64,000 bases of DNA from Candidatus Colivivens caballi (GCA_018065565.1 JAGHSZ010000015.1:1162-65161), one strand, 5' to 3'; counted from the first letter of the stretch, positions 53,859 through 63,888 are shown. Notes: generated by a model not told the origin, from the letters alone. Numbers and translations are program-made.

Positions 53859-55601
53859 TTATACTCCGAGGCTCTTGAGGATGTCGGTGCACTTCTTGTC
53901 TGCCGTTTCGCAGAGTGCGTTGTATTCTGCCACATTTGCCATTGGAGCAAATACTTCGATGTAGAACTTGATCTTTGGTTCTGTTCCTGATGGACGGACG
54001 CTGACTTTTGTTCCATCTTCAGCGTAGAACTGTAGGACATTGCTTGTGTCAGGCATCTGTATGTCGCATACTTTTCCGCATGAGCATGTTGATTTCAGCA
54101 GCTTGAAGTCCTTGATTATTTTGACTGGGGAGCCTGCAAGTTCTTTTGGTGGGTTGCTGCGGTAGTTCTCCATCATCTGCTTGATTTCGTCGGCTCCAGT
54201 CTTGCCTGGGCGTACGACATTCACTGCCTTGTTGTATGAGAAGCCGTATTCGAGGTAGATGTCCATCAGCACATCGTAGAGTGTTTTGCCCTGGTCCTTT
54301 GCCCATGCGCATATCTCGGCGAGGAGTGAGCAGGCGCTGACTGAGTCTTTGTCGCGTGTGAAGTCTTCGGCAAGGAATCCGAATGACTCTTCGCCACCTC
54401 CGATATACTTTTTCTTGCCTTCTTCAACAAGGATTTCGCGTGCTATCCACTTGAAGCCTGTGTAGCAGTCCTTCATTTCGATGCCGTACTTGTCGGCGAT
54501 TTTCTTGACGAGTTCTGTGGTGACGATGGTCTTGACGATGAAGTCGCTCTTCTGGAGCATGCCTTTGGCGCTGCGGTTTTTGATGATGTAGTAGAGGAAT
54601 ATCATCAGTGTCTGGTTGCCATTGACAATCTGCCACTCTCCCTTGTCGTCCTTGCATGCCATGGCAATGCGGTCGGCATCGGGGTCGGAAGCCATGACGA
54701 TGTCGGCATTGATCTTCTTTGCCAGGTTGACTGCGAGCGTGAGTGCTTCTGCGTTTTCTGGGTTTGGTGAGACCACGGTTGGGAAGTTGCCGTCCTTTAT
54801 CATCTGTTCTGGCACGCAGTTAACATTCTGGAATCCCCATGCCTTGATTGAGCGGGGTATCATGTTCATGCCGGCTCCGTGGAGTGGTGTATAGACGATG
54901 CTGAGGTCCTTCTGGCGCTCAATCACTGCTGGGTCGATCGACAGGGTCTTCACAGCTTCAATGTATGCCTTGTCAACATCCTCACCGATGATTGTTATGT
55001 ATTTTGCATCGCCGCCTGTCTTCACGTCTTCGTAGCGTACCTTGTTCACTTCTTCGATGATGCCCTTGTCGTGTGGAGCGAGCACCTGTGCACCGTCGTC
55101 CCAGTATGCCTTGTAGCCGTTGTATTCCTTTGGGTTGTGGCTTGCTGTGATGTTCACACCGCTCTGGCATTTCAGGTGGCGGATGGCGAAGCTGACTTCT
55201 GGGGTAGGGCGCATGTCTTCAAACATGTAAACATAAATGCCGTTGGCTGCAAATATGTCGGCAACTCGCTTTGCATACACATCTGAGTTGTTGCGGCAGT
55301 CAACGCCGATGACAACGCTGATTTTGTCGCGGTCGGCAAAGTTGCGGTTGAGGTAGTTGGCCAAGCCCTGTGTGGCAGCCCCCACTGTGTAGATGTTCAT
55401 GCGGTTGGTTCCTGCGCCCATGATGCCGCGCAGTCCACCTGTGCCAAATTCCAGTGTCTGATAGAATGAATCAATCAGTGCCGACTTGTCGTCATTGCTG
55501 AGCATTGCCTTCACTTCGTTCTTTGTATTGTCGTCGAATACTTCGCTTGTGGCCCATACCTGTGCCACTTGTTCACATTGTTTCAGTAATTCGTTGTCCA
55601 T
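53859..55601 (-). CDS. pgm: Phosphoglucomutase/phosphomannomutase-family phospho-sugar mutase
   Basis: Active-site loop GVNITASHNPKEYNGYK and metal loop MASDPDADR. Confidence 0.93.
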   Translation of the reverse strand: MDNELLKQCEQVAQVWATSEVFDDNTKNEVKAMLSNDDKSALIDSFYQTLEFGTGGLRGIMGAGTNRMNIYTVGAATQGLANYLNRNFADRDKISVVIGVDCRNNSDVYAKRVADIFAANGIYVYMFEDMRPTPEVSFAIRHLKCQSGVNITASHNPKEYNGYKAYWDDGAQVLAPHDKGIIEEVNKVRYEDVKTGGDAKYITIIGEDVDKAYIEAVKTLSIDPAVIERQKDLSIVYTPLHGAGMNMIPRSIKAWGFQNVNCVPEQMIKDGNFPTVVSPNPENAEALTLAVNLAKKINADIVMASDPDADRIAMACKDDKGEWQIVNGNQTLMIFLYYIIKNRSAKGMLQKSDFIVKTIVTTELVKKIADKYGIEMKDCYTGFKWIAREILVEEGKKKYIGGGEESFGFLAEDFTRDKDSVSACSLLAEICAWAKDQGKTLYDVLMDIYLEYGFSYNKAVNVVRPGKTGADEIKQMMENYRSNPPKELAGSPVKIIKDFKLLKSTCSCGKVCDIQMPDTSNVLQFYAEDGTKVSVRPSGTEPKIKFYIEVFAPMANVAEYNALCETADKKCTDILKSLGV

Positions 55602-55630
55602 AGTTTGTTCCGTTTATTTGTTTCTGACTG

Positions 55631-55638
55631 CAAAGATA
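55631..55638 (-). promoter_or_regulatory. -7 promoter element (TATCTTTG) for pgm
   Basis: Lies 30 nt upstream of the ATG at 55601. Confidence 0.55.
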
Positions 55639-55998
55639 AGAAAATTTTTTCATAATTCGGCAATTTTGCAAGTTAATAATTATGAAAAAATGCGTTAAGG
55701 CATCTTGGTGCCTGTCATAGTTCGGAATCATCCTCATGTGAATACTCGGGCATCATCGTATCAAAGTGTCCTGTGGCGAAGTTTTTAACCCAAATCGGTC
55801 ATTAGGCTATTACGCGCTGACAAGCCTTCTTTTCGTCATCTGTAATGTCGCTTCTCGGTTACAATGGAACCCCATTGCGCCCTCAAACCGACAATACATC
55901 TGTTCAAAAACTAAGTCTGTTATCATCATAACGCTAATGAATGATTTGGGCTTAATGACTTGATATGTAGGTTTGTAGGCTCTTGACTGACACGGAAA

Positions 55999-56064
55999 TA
56001 TGCCGAAATCGCATCAAAAAACGCCTGAAATCGGCATAAGTTATATGCGAAATCAGGCATTTTC
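55999..56064. repeat. Three degenerate 22-bp units built around the dyad ATGCC-GAAATC-GGCAT
   Basis: The GAAATC cores start at 56005, 56027 and 56049, spaced exactly 22 bp apart. Confidence 0.6.
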
Positions 56065-56170
56065 TGTATAACTCTCAGTGTTTCAGTGTGAAATGGTACC
56101 TAAATGTTTCTTTGATTTTTCGGAAGATTACTATACTACCGAGCCACCAAACCACTAAACCACCAACTTG

Positions 56171-56872
56171 CTATTTCTTCATTTTTTTCTGTTCGGCCTT
56201 GACAAACGAAGTGAGCTGGTTGGCAATGGCTGCCATGCCTTTCTTGTTGGGGTGTCCCATCTGCTTGTCGATGTCTTTCAGTGTCAGCATAGGCACATTG
56301 TAGTGCTTGCAGATGGTGGCGGCAGTCTCGTTGAACACCTCGTCGAGCTCGCTGTTGAGCATGAAGTAAATCTCGACATTGGGGTAGCGCTTTGTGATGA
56401 AGTCGAGCATATATGCCATGGCTGGGCGGACATTGTAGAGGTCGGCTGCGGTCCAGTCGCTGTACTTATATTCACCTTCTGGCGATTTTGCCCAGCTGTC
56501 GTTGGTGCCACCGAATATCAGTATGATGTCGGGGTTACCCAGGTTGTCCATGCGGCGGATGAACGAGAGGTTGCGCACATCTTGGCGGTTGTAGCCCGTG
56601 TTGCAGATGGTGGAACCCGACAGTGAGTTGTTGCGGCACAGTTTGTAGCCGTTGGCTGTGATGAACTGGTGCCACCATGTTTCTGTCACATCCGACACAT
56701 CGGTCTGGTTGAGGCGTGTCTTCTGGAAGTACCAGATGTAGTTGGTGTCGGGTTCGAGATAACCTTCGTAGGTGGAGTAGGAGTCACCGAGGATTGATAC
56801 ACTCTTGTGTTGGGCAAACGCTGTGATGGTCATTGCCAGCAGGGTCATTGCCAGCAGGGCTGTTCGTTTCAT
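56171..56872 (-). CDS. Secreted SGNH/GDSL-family hydrolase
   Basis: Signal peptide, block I SILGDSYST, block III FGGTNDSW and a C-terminal GHPNKKG (block V-like). Confidence 0.8.
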   Translation of the reverse strand: MKRTALLAMTLLAMTITAFAQHKSVSILGDSYSTYEGYLEPDTNYIWYFQKTRLNQTDVSDVTETWWHQFITANGYKLCRNNSLSGSTICNTGYNRQDVRNLSFIRRMDNLGNPDIILIFGGTNDSWAKSPEGEYKYSDWTAADLYNVRPAMAYMLDFITKRYPNVEIYFMLNSELDEVFNETAATICKHYNVPMLTLKDIDKQMGHPNKKGMAAIANQLTSFVKAEQKKMKK

Positions 56873-56953
56873 GTCGAAAAATGTTTTTTATTTTTTTTCA
56901 GTATCTGTGTTTCGTTTCTTGTTCTTGTCAAATAGTGTGGGAGCGGCTCACTG

Positions 56954-57550
56954 CTAAGCATCGTCTTCACCGGGATCGACGCACATGCCTTCGCTGATTG
57001 GGGCTGTGTCGATGTTGTCGATCTTGTGCATGGAGATGGTCTTGTCCCTGGAGATGTCGATGGCGATGGAATAGGTGATGCCGAGGGGCTCGTCGGGGTC
57101 GCCCACTGCCGCGATGAAGTGGAAGCGGTCGTGGTGGCCCTGCTCCATGTAGTTGAAGTTGACGCCAGCCAGTGTGAACTGCTTGTACTGGTTTTCGGGC
57201 AGATATCTGCGGAAGGAGTCCTTGGTGAATGTGTGTGTAAAGAACACCTCGTCGCTATTGCCACGATAGATGGTGAGGGTGACATCGTTATCGTAGTAGC
57301 GGATGCCCTCGGTGTTTCGTATGACCTCAGCCGACTTGTCGTTCTGGAAACTGATGGAATAGGTGTAGAGCGACCCCTGTACGGTCAGTGTGTCCTCGAG
57401 CCTGTATTCGGGTATGTTCTGCACGATGTTGGTGTCGATGACGCCAACAGAGTCGGTCTGTGCTTTGGTCTCTGTACTGTTGCCGCTGCATGCACACATG
57501 GCGGCACACACTGCTACGGCTGAGCAGATGGCTATGGTGTGGCTTCTCAT
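56954..57550 (-). CDS. Hypothetical lipoprotein
   Basis: Lipobox AAMCACSG. The ATGA overlap with the upstream gene's stop (57547-57550) indicates coupling. No family was recognised. Confidence 0.6.
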   Translation of the reverse strand: MRSHTIAICSAVAVCAAMCACSGNSTETKAQTDSVGVIDTNIVQNIPEYRLEDTLTVQGSLYTYSISFQNDKSAEVIRNTEGIRYYDNDVTLTIYRGNSDEVFFTHTFTKDSFRRYLPENQYKQFTLAGVNFNYMEQGHHDRFHFIAAVGDPDEPLGITYSIAIDISRDKTISMHKIDNIDTAPISEGMCVDPGEDDA

Positions 57551-59205
57551 GGTCGTGCGGCATTGTTTGCTGGCGCTGTGCCGGTTGGTGAATCAGTGGC
57601 TGGTGTTGCCTCGCCGTTTTCAGCCTCGTCGGTCACGGGCTCGGTCAGCATTGGCTGTATGCCCATGCCCTTGCCGTTTGGCTTGTATGTGGTCTTGACT
57701 GCCTCGGCTTTTGCTGTTGAGGCAAACTGCTGCGGACTGAGGCTGACTGGCTCTGTCATAAACTCTGGCACATTGTAACTGCGCATGAAGTATGTGTAGA
57801 AGTTAGGGTCGCGCTGTGGCAGTTCGAATGCCTTGTGGGCGTGTCCGTTCTTGTCGATGTATGCAAAGTAGAGGCGGGAGAAGTTGCCGTCGTCGCGTCG
57901 GCTGATGAACATGATCCAACGGCTGTTGCTTGACCATGAGTGGTAGCTTTCGGCACGGTCGCTGTTCACATTCTCGAGTTTGCGCATCTGCTTCGACTTC
58001 ATGTCCATGAGGTAGAGGTCGGCATCTGGGTGCCATACATGGAAACAGCCGAATTCGCCCACTCCGACGAGCATGTACTTGCCGTCAGGACTGATGCGTG
58101 GGAATGTGGCACTGAGGTTTTCGGCAGCAGCGTCATACACCAGTTCGGTCTCGCCGAATGTGCGTGTCTTCTGGTCGAATGGCTTGCGGTAGATGTTGTA
58201 GTGTACTTCGCGGTAGCGATGGATGAGTTCGGTCTCGTGAGGGACGGTGTCTTTATAGACGAAATGGGCAGAACCGAAATAGAGCATGTCGCCCGATGGT
58301 GCCCATGTAGGGAATGACTCCATTTCGTCGGCAAGGCCGGAAATGGTCTGAATCTCGTGCTTGTCGGTGTCGTAGATGATCAGGTCGCTCTCAGTGTCCT
58401 GCACTTCAATCTTTGCCTTGTCGCGGGTGTGGAACGACTGTCCGGTGTGGTTGGTTGAATATGCAATCAGCGGCAAGGTAGGGTGCCATGCAGGATATAC
58501 TCCGGCGCTGATGGTGGAGTCGTTCTTCATGTCAATCTTTTCGGCACGGTTGTCGCGCACAATCATTGTACCGCCGTTGCCCTGGCGCATGTGGAACTGC
58601 ATGTTGCTGGTCTTGTAGTTCTGATATGAGTGGCAGTTTATGCACTGGCCATTGTCTTCGGTCGAGACGAGCATGTTGTTGTAGATGTCCTTCTCCTCAA
58701 ATGAGGTGAGGTCGCGCTGGCTGATGCTGAGCATCTCATAGGCTACATATGAAGGGAAAATCAGACGATAGGAGATGTACTGGTCGATTTCCTCCTCGGC
58801 AACACTGATGCTGAATGGCTTGAAACTGGTCCATGAACCATCCTTCTGTGCAAACACTTCGACCTTGATGTCCTTGCCTTTTGCCTGAGATAGCAGGTCC
58901 TTCCATTCGTCCTCGTCGATGAGGATGCTTGTCTGTTCACCATAAACCAGTGTTGTGCTGCCAAAGGTGAAGCGCGCTACGGCGGCATCGGCGTTCCTGA
59001 CCGCGAAGTTCAGAGGCGCGATGTTTGGCGGAATGGTCACATTCTTGTAGTCTGGATAGATTTCAGGCTCCTGGTTCGACTGGTTGAATGAAGTCGGTAC
59101 GGATGGGTGTGATGTGCAACTTGCGAGAATGAATACGAGTACGGCACACAGTGCGCTCGCTGTCTTAAATATATTATGTGAGAAGTTCATAATCCGTTTT
59201 TTCAA
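57547..59205 (-). CDS. Periplasmic/lipoprotein TolB-like beta-propeller protein with a single CxxCH motif
   Basis: Signal/lipobox FILASC, CINCH at residues 188-192 (58630-58644), PD40/WD40-like repeats in the C-terminal two thirds and a Pro/Thr/Ala-rich tail. Confidence 0.7.
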   Translation of the reverse strand: MKKRIMNFSHNIFKTASALCAVLVFILASCTSHPSVPTSFNQSNQEPEIYPDYKNVTIPPNIAPLNFAVRNADAAVARFTFGSTTLVYGEQTSILIDEDEWKDLLSQAKGKDIKVEVFAQKDGSWTSFKPFSISVAEEEIDQYISYRLIFPSYVAYEMLSISQRDLTSFEEKDIYNNMLVSTEDNGQCINCHSYQNYKTSNMQFHMRQGNGGTMIVRDNRAEKIDMKNDSTISAGVYPAWHPTLPLIAYSTNHTGQSFHTRDKAKIEVQDTESDLIIYDTDKHEIQTISGLADEMESFPTWAPSGDMLYFGSAHFVYKDTVPHETELIHRYREVHYNIYRKPFDQKTRTFGETELVYDAAAENLSATFPRISPDGKYMLVGVGEFGCFHVWHPDADLYLMDMKSKQMRKLENVNSDRAESYHSWSSNSRWIMFISRRDDGNFSRLYFAYIDKNGHAHKAFELPQRDPNFYTYFMRSYNVPEFMTEPVSLSPQQFASTAKAEAVKTTYKPNGKGMGIQPMLTEPVTDEAENGEATPATDSPTGTAPANNAARP

Positions 59206-59229
59206 TATGTTTTATGGGTTCAGATGTGA

Positions 59230-61185
59230 TTAATATGACCTCTGGTTGCGTGCAAAGAAGTAGAACCACCAGAATGTGTCACCAAATGTTGACTGCATGG
59301 CATCGCCGACTTCTTCAACCTGCATGCCTTGACGGAGGTACGACTGTGAAACCTCCTGGAAGCGGCGGTAGCGGTCGATAATGAGCGACTGGTCGAAAGG
59401 CATGTTGCTGATGTCAACACCCTGTTCCAGATTGCCATAGAGGTAAGCTGCCTCCTGATAGTGGATTGGCATCATCTCGTCCTCGTGGAGAGTGGCATAG
59501 AGGAAGAACTTAGGCCAGAACAGCTGGATGTCCTTGCTTATGAGGGCAAATGCCAGTGTGAGCTCGTTGAGGAACTTGCTGTTCTTGTTCTGCGTGTTGG
59601 AGAAGTAGTTGAGCAGGTACATCTCCAGCAGACCTTCGTCACCATCAAGGATGCTTTTGAAGTTGTTGTGAAGTTCACAGATGTTCTTCATTTCAGGTAG
59701 TTCGGCAATCTTTACGCTGTCACCGTTCACAGCCTCATAACGCTCTGCCCATGCGCGGTAGTTCTTTGTGTGCTTGAGTATGTTGATGTATTTCTGTGCA
59801 AGGTCGTATTCGCCGCTGACGAGGGCACTTCGGATAAGCACCTTGTAGCCGTCATTGCAGAAACCATATTCCACTCCGTTCTCGATGCACCAGCGAGTGG
59901 CAAAATTGGTTCGTGCATAGTTCATGTAAGTGAGTGGGCCGTTCGTCTGAACCATGTGGACATGGAGCGAATCGTAAACGACAGGAGGGATGCTCTTGTT
60001 GTCGTAGTGGAACATTGATGAACCAAACTTGCCGAGGTTCATCAGCGCAATGTTGCGAAGCATCACCTGCTCACGGGTAGGGTGAACAGGGGCAACGGCT
60101 GCCTCATCGAGCACATCCTGCCATCGTGCTTCGTCAATGGCACGGTACATGCGCATTTCTGAATGGAAATTAAAGTCATCGATGTTTGCCTGGAAGGTTC
60201 CGTATGCCATGCCGATGCAGGAAACAAGGACGAGGGCACAGACGAGAAGCCCGTTGCGCGACTTCTTTGTGAAGTCTGTCCATTTACTTGAAACAGGGGC
60301 AACGCTCAATGCCAGGGCGGTAACTGCCAAGCCAGCAAACATCCAGATGATGCGTGTGTTGGTGATGATGTCATTCTGGAAGAGAGGGAATGCCGCAATC
60401 CAGCTGTGGCTGAGAACCATCTTTGTGCAGCAGTTATATGCCACGAGCGGAATCACGATGATGCAGGCAGCGGCCACAGCCCAGTGCATCCATGATTTGA
60501 GGTTGAGTAGGGCAATGCACAGAGTGGCAAGCAATGCATACCATCCGAATGCAATATAACCCAGAATGCTCCATACGACCATCCATCCGATGCAGAACCA
60601 GCGGTTCTTTACTGCGGAACCCGCCCATATAGCGCTGACCATCATGAGTGTACCGATGGTTTCAGCAAAGGCATATCCAGTGACCTTACTGTAATAAATC
60701 CAGTAACCCAGACCTACAACCGAACATAAAAGAATTGTTGGGATGATAAGTGCCAGCGGATGGAACGGACTGCCGATGCGGAATGCCTTGGTCGAAATGA
60801 AGTATATGGCAAGCCACATCAGAACCATGATGAGCGCTCCGACCCATGGAGTGTTGAAGTATTGGATGAAATAACATCCAAGCCATCCTAACAGCCCACC
60901 TGGAAGCGTTGTGTGCATGTCGAAGAACGAACTGTCGGTGACGAACAGCGAACGCTCTTGATAGCAATACAGAACTTCTGAATTCAGTGCTACAAGTACA
61001 TAGAATGCGAATGCAGCGAATGCCAGTGGAATGAGAACTGAGGTCAGCCAGAACATGCCTTTCGGGAAAGTCTTCTGACTGTTAGGACTGCTTGAAACAG
61101 CTACTTGTTGCTTGGTCTTTTGTTGTGTAGGGATATCCGTCCCTTGGTTTTTAGGGTAAAATGTACCTTTCTTTTTCTTGTTCAT
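59230..61185 (-). CDS. Large polytopic membrane protein with a soluble C-terminal domain (recalled as DUF6057-like, unverified)
   Basis: 651 aa with a basic N-terminus, about 9-10 TM helices in the first ~330 residues and a helical soluble domain. It is the first gene of the cluster. Confidence 0.65.
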   Translation of the reverse strand: MNKKKKGTFYPKNQGTDIPTQQKTKQQVAVSSSPNSQKTFPKGMFWLTSVLIPLAFAAFAFYVLVALNSEVLYCYQERSLFVTDSSFFDMHTTLPGGLLGWLGCYFIQYFNTPWVGALIMVLMWLAIYFISTKAFRIGSPFHPLALIIPTILLCSVVGLGYWIYYSKVTGYAFAETIGTLMMVSAIWAGSAVKNRWFCIGWMVVWSILGYIAFGWYALLATLCIALLNLKSWMHWAVAAACIIVIPLVAYNCCTKMVLSHSWIAAFPLFQNDIITNTRIIWMFAGLAVTALALSVAPVSSKWTDFTKKSRNGLLVCALVLVSCIGMAYGTFQANIDDFNFHSEMRMYRAIDEARWQDVLDEAAVAPVHPTREQVMLRNIALMNLGKFGSSMFHYDNKSIPPVVYDSLHVHMVQTNGPLTYMNYARTNFATRWCIENGVEYGFCNDGYKVLIRSALVSGEYDLAQKYINILKHTKNYRAWAERYEAVNGDSVKIAELPEMKNICELHNNFKSILDGDEGLLEMYLLNYFSNTQNKNSKFLNELTLAFALISKDIQLFWPKFFLYATLHEDEMMPIHYQEAAYLYGNLEQGVDISNMPFDQSLIIDRYRRFQEVSQSYLRQGMQVEEVGDAMQSTFGDTFWWFYFFARNQRSY

Positions 61186-61207
61186 TGCCGTTAGTAATAA
61201 ATTTTCG

Positions 61208-61215
61208 CAAAATTA
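61208..61215 (-). promoter_or_regulatory. -7 promoter element (TAATTTTG) for the 61185-56171 cluster
   Basis: Lies 23 nt upstream of the ATG at 61185. Confidence 0.5.
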
Positions 61216-61373
61216 CGAATAATTATTGTAATCGCAAGCAATGAACTGCAAAAAAAGAAACTTTATTAGAGGAAATCCTCTGCATATAGTCCATTTGGCA
61301 CTGCATGACAGTACTGTGCGATGATTCTATCCGCTGGTAATGATAATGGCTGTGATAATGTCTATTCGCAAAC

Positions 61374-62060
61374 CTATTCGCAAATTATGATAATGGCAAG
61401 GGTGATGAGTATCATTGCCATTGAAAGGTTGAGCCATCTCTGAATGGACTCCATGCACATCTGCACCCGCTCAATCTGCTTTCGGCTCTTTTCCAGAATC
61501 AGACCGAAAAGAAGTACCGGAATGCTTGCTCCCACTGTGAAAAGCAATCCTGACATAACGAGCCAGTTCAGGTGCTGCGCTGACGAAGTGGGCTGCCCTG
61601 TTGAAGAAAAAACTGATAGGAACATGATGATGCTCTCAGGACAAAATGCAACAGCCAGCAACAACCCAAGAACAAATGGGGGAAACCGCCTTGGATTGTG
61701 TATGATGCTGCCAGAATGGTGGCATGAGTCGCCATGGTCGTGATGCGGACGGAGTGCTCTGAATGTAAGGTATATTCCGATGACAATAAGGATGTATGGC
61801 AGAACGGTCTCGACCATCTCGGTAAAGGCGTTGCTGCCGTTATCTGCATTGATGAAAACTGCGGCTGACGGAACCGTTACCAACACAAGACTGATGCACA
61901 CACTAAGCAGAATGTACATAATGCTGCGTCCGAGCGTATAGACATAGACATGCCTGCCACCCATGAATGTAATGGCTGACAGGTTTATGGCTATCTGGCA
62001 TGGATTCAGTGACACAAGCAAACCCATGAGCAGACTGAATAATATGTGCAATATGTGCAT
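61374..62060 (-). CDS. DsbD_2/CcdA-superfamily-like membrane protein with a His-rich loop (thiol-reductant or metal/arsenical transporter-like)
   Basis: 6 TM segments, an N-terminal LNPCQIAINLSAITF motif (Cys in TM1) and a central loop RPHHDHGDSCHHSGS. Confidence 0.5.
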   Translation of the reverse strand: MHILHILFSLLMGLLVSLNPCQIAINLSAITFMGGRHVYVYTLGRSIMYILLSVCISLVLVTVPSAAVFINADNGSNAFTEMVETVLPYILIVIGIYLTFRALRPHHDHGDSCHHSGSIIHNPRRFPPFVLGLLLAVAFCPESIIMFLSVFSSTGQPTSSAQHLNWLVMSGLLFTVGASIPVLLFGLILEKSRKQIERVQMCMESIQRWLNLSMAMILITLAIIIICE

Positions 62061-62096
62061 TGTGGTAACTTTAATGTTGTTGAGACCTGACTGCTG

Positions 62097-63803
62097 TTAT
62101 GAACACAGCATCAGAATGATTACCTGGGCTGTTACTATTCGAAGGAACATCGACAGCGGATAAACGGTTGAATAGCCGATTGATGGAATGTCATTGCCTG
62201 ATGCCATAGTGGAGTAGGCGAGCGCAGGCGGATCAGTGCTTGCCCCGGCCATGATACCCATCAGTAGCAAATAGTTCTCTTTGTAGTAGAAGCGTGCTAT
62301 GCACCCCATGACAATGAGAGGTATTGTCGTGATGATAAATCCATAGAGCACATACATCAGACCTCCATCGAGCACCGTGTCAACGAATGTGCCACCAGCC
62401 TTGATACCGACTGACGCAAGGAAGAGCACAAGGCCAATGTCTCGAATCATCAATGAGGCGGAGTTGGTCGTGTAGGCAACGAGTTTCAACTTGAAGCCAA
62501 ATCGTCCCAGCAGAATTGCTATGATGAGAGGACCACCAGCCAGACCGAGTTTCACTGGCATTGACATTCCTGGTATGCTGAATGGAAGACTTCCAAAGAT
62601 GATACCGATGAATATACCTACGAATATGGTGAGAAGGTTTGGTTTGTCAAGGCGTTCTTTGTGGTTGCCAAGCTTGTGAGAGAAACGGCGGATGGCATCT
62701 TCTGGACCGACAACGACCAGTTTGTCACCAACTTGAAGCGTCACATTGGGGTGAGCAAACAGTTCAATACCTGAACGGAACATACGAGTCACATTGACAC
62801 CGTACATGCTGCGTGGATGCAGCGAACCGAGAGTCTTGCCGTTTACCTTGTCCTTGGAGATGACGAGCGTCCTTGTTGCCATTGGAACATCTTGCTCGTC
62901 CCAGTTGACGTTGATGCTTTTGCCGATGAACGCAGTCAGTGCATCTGTGTCTTCTTCTGCACAGACCACAAAAAGCTGGTCGCCTACATGGAGCAGGGTG
63001 TCCTTGTCAGGCATTGTGACATGCCCTTCGTGGAGGCAGCGTGAAATCACAAACTCACGCCCTGAGTAGTGGCGTATTTTCAGAATGCTTTTACCTTCGA
63101 GGGCAGGGTTGCACACTTCAAGGTGCATCAGGTGCGGCTTCATTGCTGCTTGATTTGCCTGATTTGCCTCAAAGTCTTCGTGCTCTTTCTTGAAGTTGAT
63201 TTTGAAGATGAACCGAATGAGCATGATGCTACCGATGATGCCGATGACACCAAGTGGATAAGCACAGGCGTATCCGTTGGCAATGTTTGGTATGCTCCCT
63301 CCGAGATTGTCGGCTCCTATCTGTTCAAGTGCGGCGTTGGCAGCACCCAGACCTGGGGTGTTGGTCACTGCTCCACACAGTACTCCGACCATCATCGGCA
63401 GACTCTTTGGGTCTGTTCTGTCGCAGAAACAATAATAGAGGGTGAGCATCACGGCTATGTTGAGCATGATGACTCCAAGCGCGATGGAGTTCATTTTGAT
63501 TCCTCCTTGTTTGAATGAAGTGAAGAAGGATGGTCCAACTTGAAGTCCGATGCTGTAAACGAAAAGTATGAGCCCGAAATCTTGAATGAAATTCAGAACC
63601 ATTGCGTTTTCCTCAATGCCTTGTAAGTGCAGAATGTGTCCTGCTACGATACCGACAAAGAGCACGAAAGTGACGCCCAGCGACACTCCGCCAATCTTGA
63701 TTTTGCCGAGGAGCACACCACATGAAATGATGATGGCATAAAGCATGATGATGTGAGCAATGGAACTGCTGTTGATAAATAAATCCGTTAACCAGTCAAT
63801 CAT
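62097..63803 (-). CDS. YidE/YbjL (AAE) family transporter with two central RCK_C/TrkA-C domains
   Basis: 568 aa with duplicated 5-6 TM halves flanking two TrkA-C-like segments ([20 protein letters not shown]..., [20 protein letters not shown]...). Confidence 0.85.
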   Translation of the reverse strand: MIDWLTDLFINSSSIAHIIMLYAIIISCGVLLGKIKIGGVSLGVTFVLFVGIVAGHILHLQGIEENAMVLNFIQDFGLILFVYSIGLQVGPSFFTSFKQGGIKMNSIALGVIMLNIAVMLTLYYCFCDRTDPKSLPMMVGVLCGAVTNTPGLGAANAALEQIGADNLGGSIPNIANGYACAYPLGVIGIIGSIMLIRFIFKINFKKEHEDFEANQANQAAMKPHLMHLEVCNPALEGKSILKIRHYSGREFVISRCLHEGHVTMPDKDTLLHVGDQLFVVCAEEDTDALTAFIGKSINVNWDEQDVPMATRTLVISKDKVNGKTLGSLHPRSMYGVNVTRMFRSGIELFAHPNVTLQVGDKLVVVGPEDAIRRFSHKLGNHKERLDKPNLLTIFVGIFIGIIFGSLPFSIPGMSMPVKLGLAGGPLIIAILLGRFGFKLKLVAYTTNSASLMIRDIGLVLFLASVGIKAGGTFVDTVLDGGLMYVLYGFIITTIPLIVMGCIARFYYKENYLLLMGIMAGASTDPPALAYSTMASGNDIPSIGYSTVYPLSMFLRIVTAQVIILMLCS

Positions 63804-63880
63804 AGTCTTGCCTGTTTCTTTTTGTGTCCTAAAATAATGTATTACCTTTTTACCTTAATAGTCTCGTGAATTCTGGGGCG

Positions 63881-63888
63881 CAAAGTTA
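63881..63888 (-). promoter_or_regulatory. -7 promoter element (TAACTTTG) for the YidE-like gene
   Basis: Lies 78 nt upstream of the ATG at 63803. Confidence 0.45.

Noticed and set aside
53741-61185. tRNA-Arg-linked genomic island comprising the GC-rich cluster
   Set aside because: There is no integrase, and I saw no direct repeat of the tRNA 3' end. The housekeeping pgm gene lies between the tRNA and the cluster. The compositional difference alone is not enough.
61360-61385. Direct repeat CTATTCGCAAA twice at the 3' end of the DsbD_2-like gene, as a possible att or recombination site
   Set aside because: It is only 11 bp long and overlaps the stop codon region. No partner copy or recombinase was seen, so it is likely chance or local slippage.
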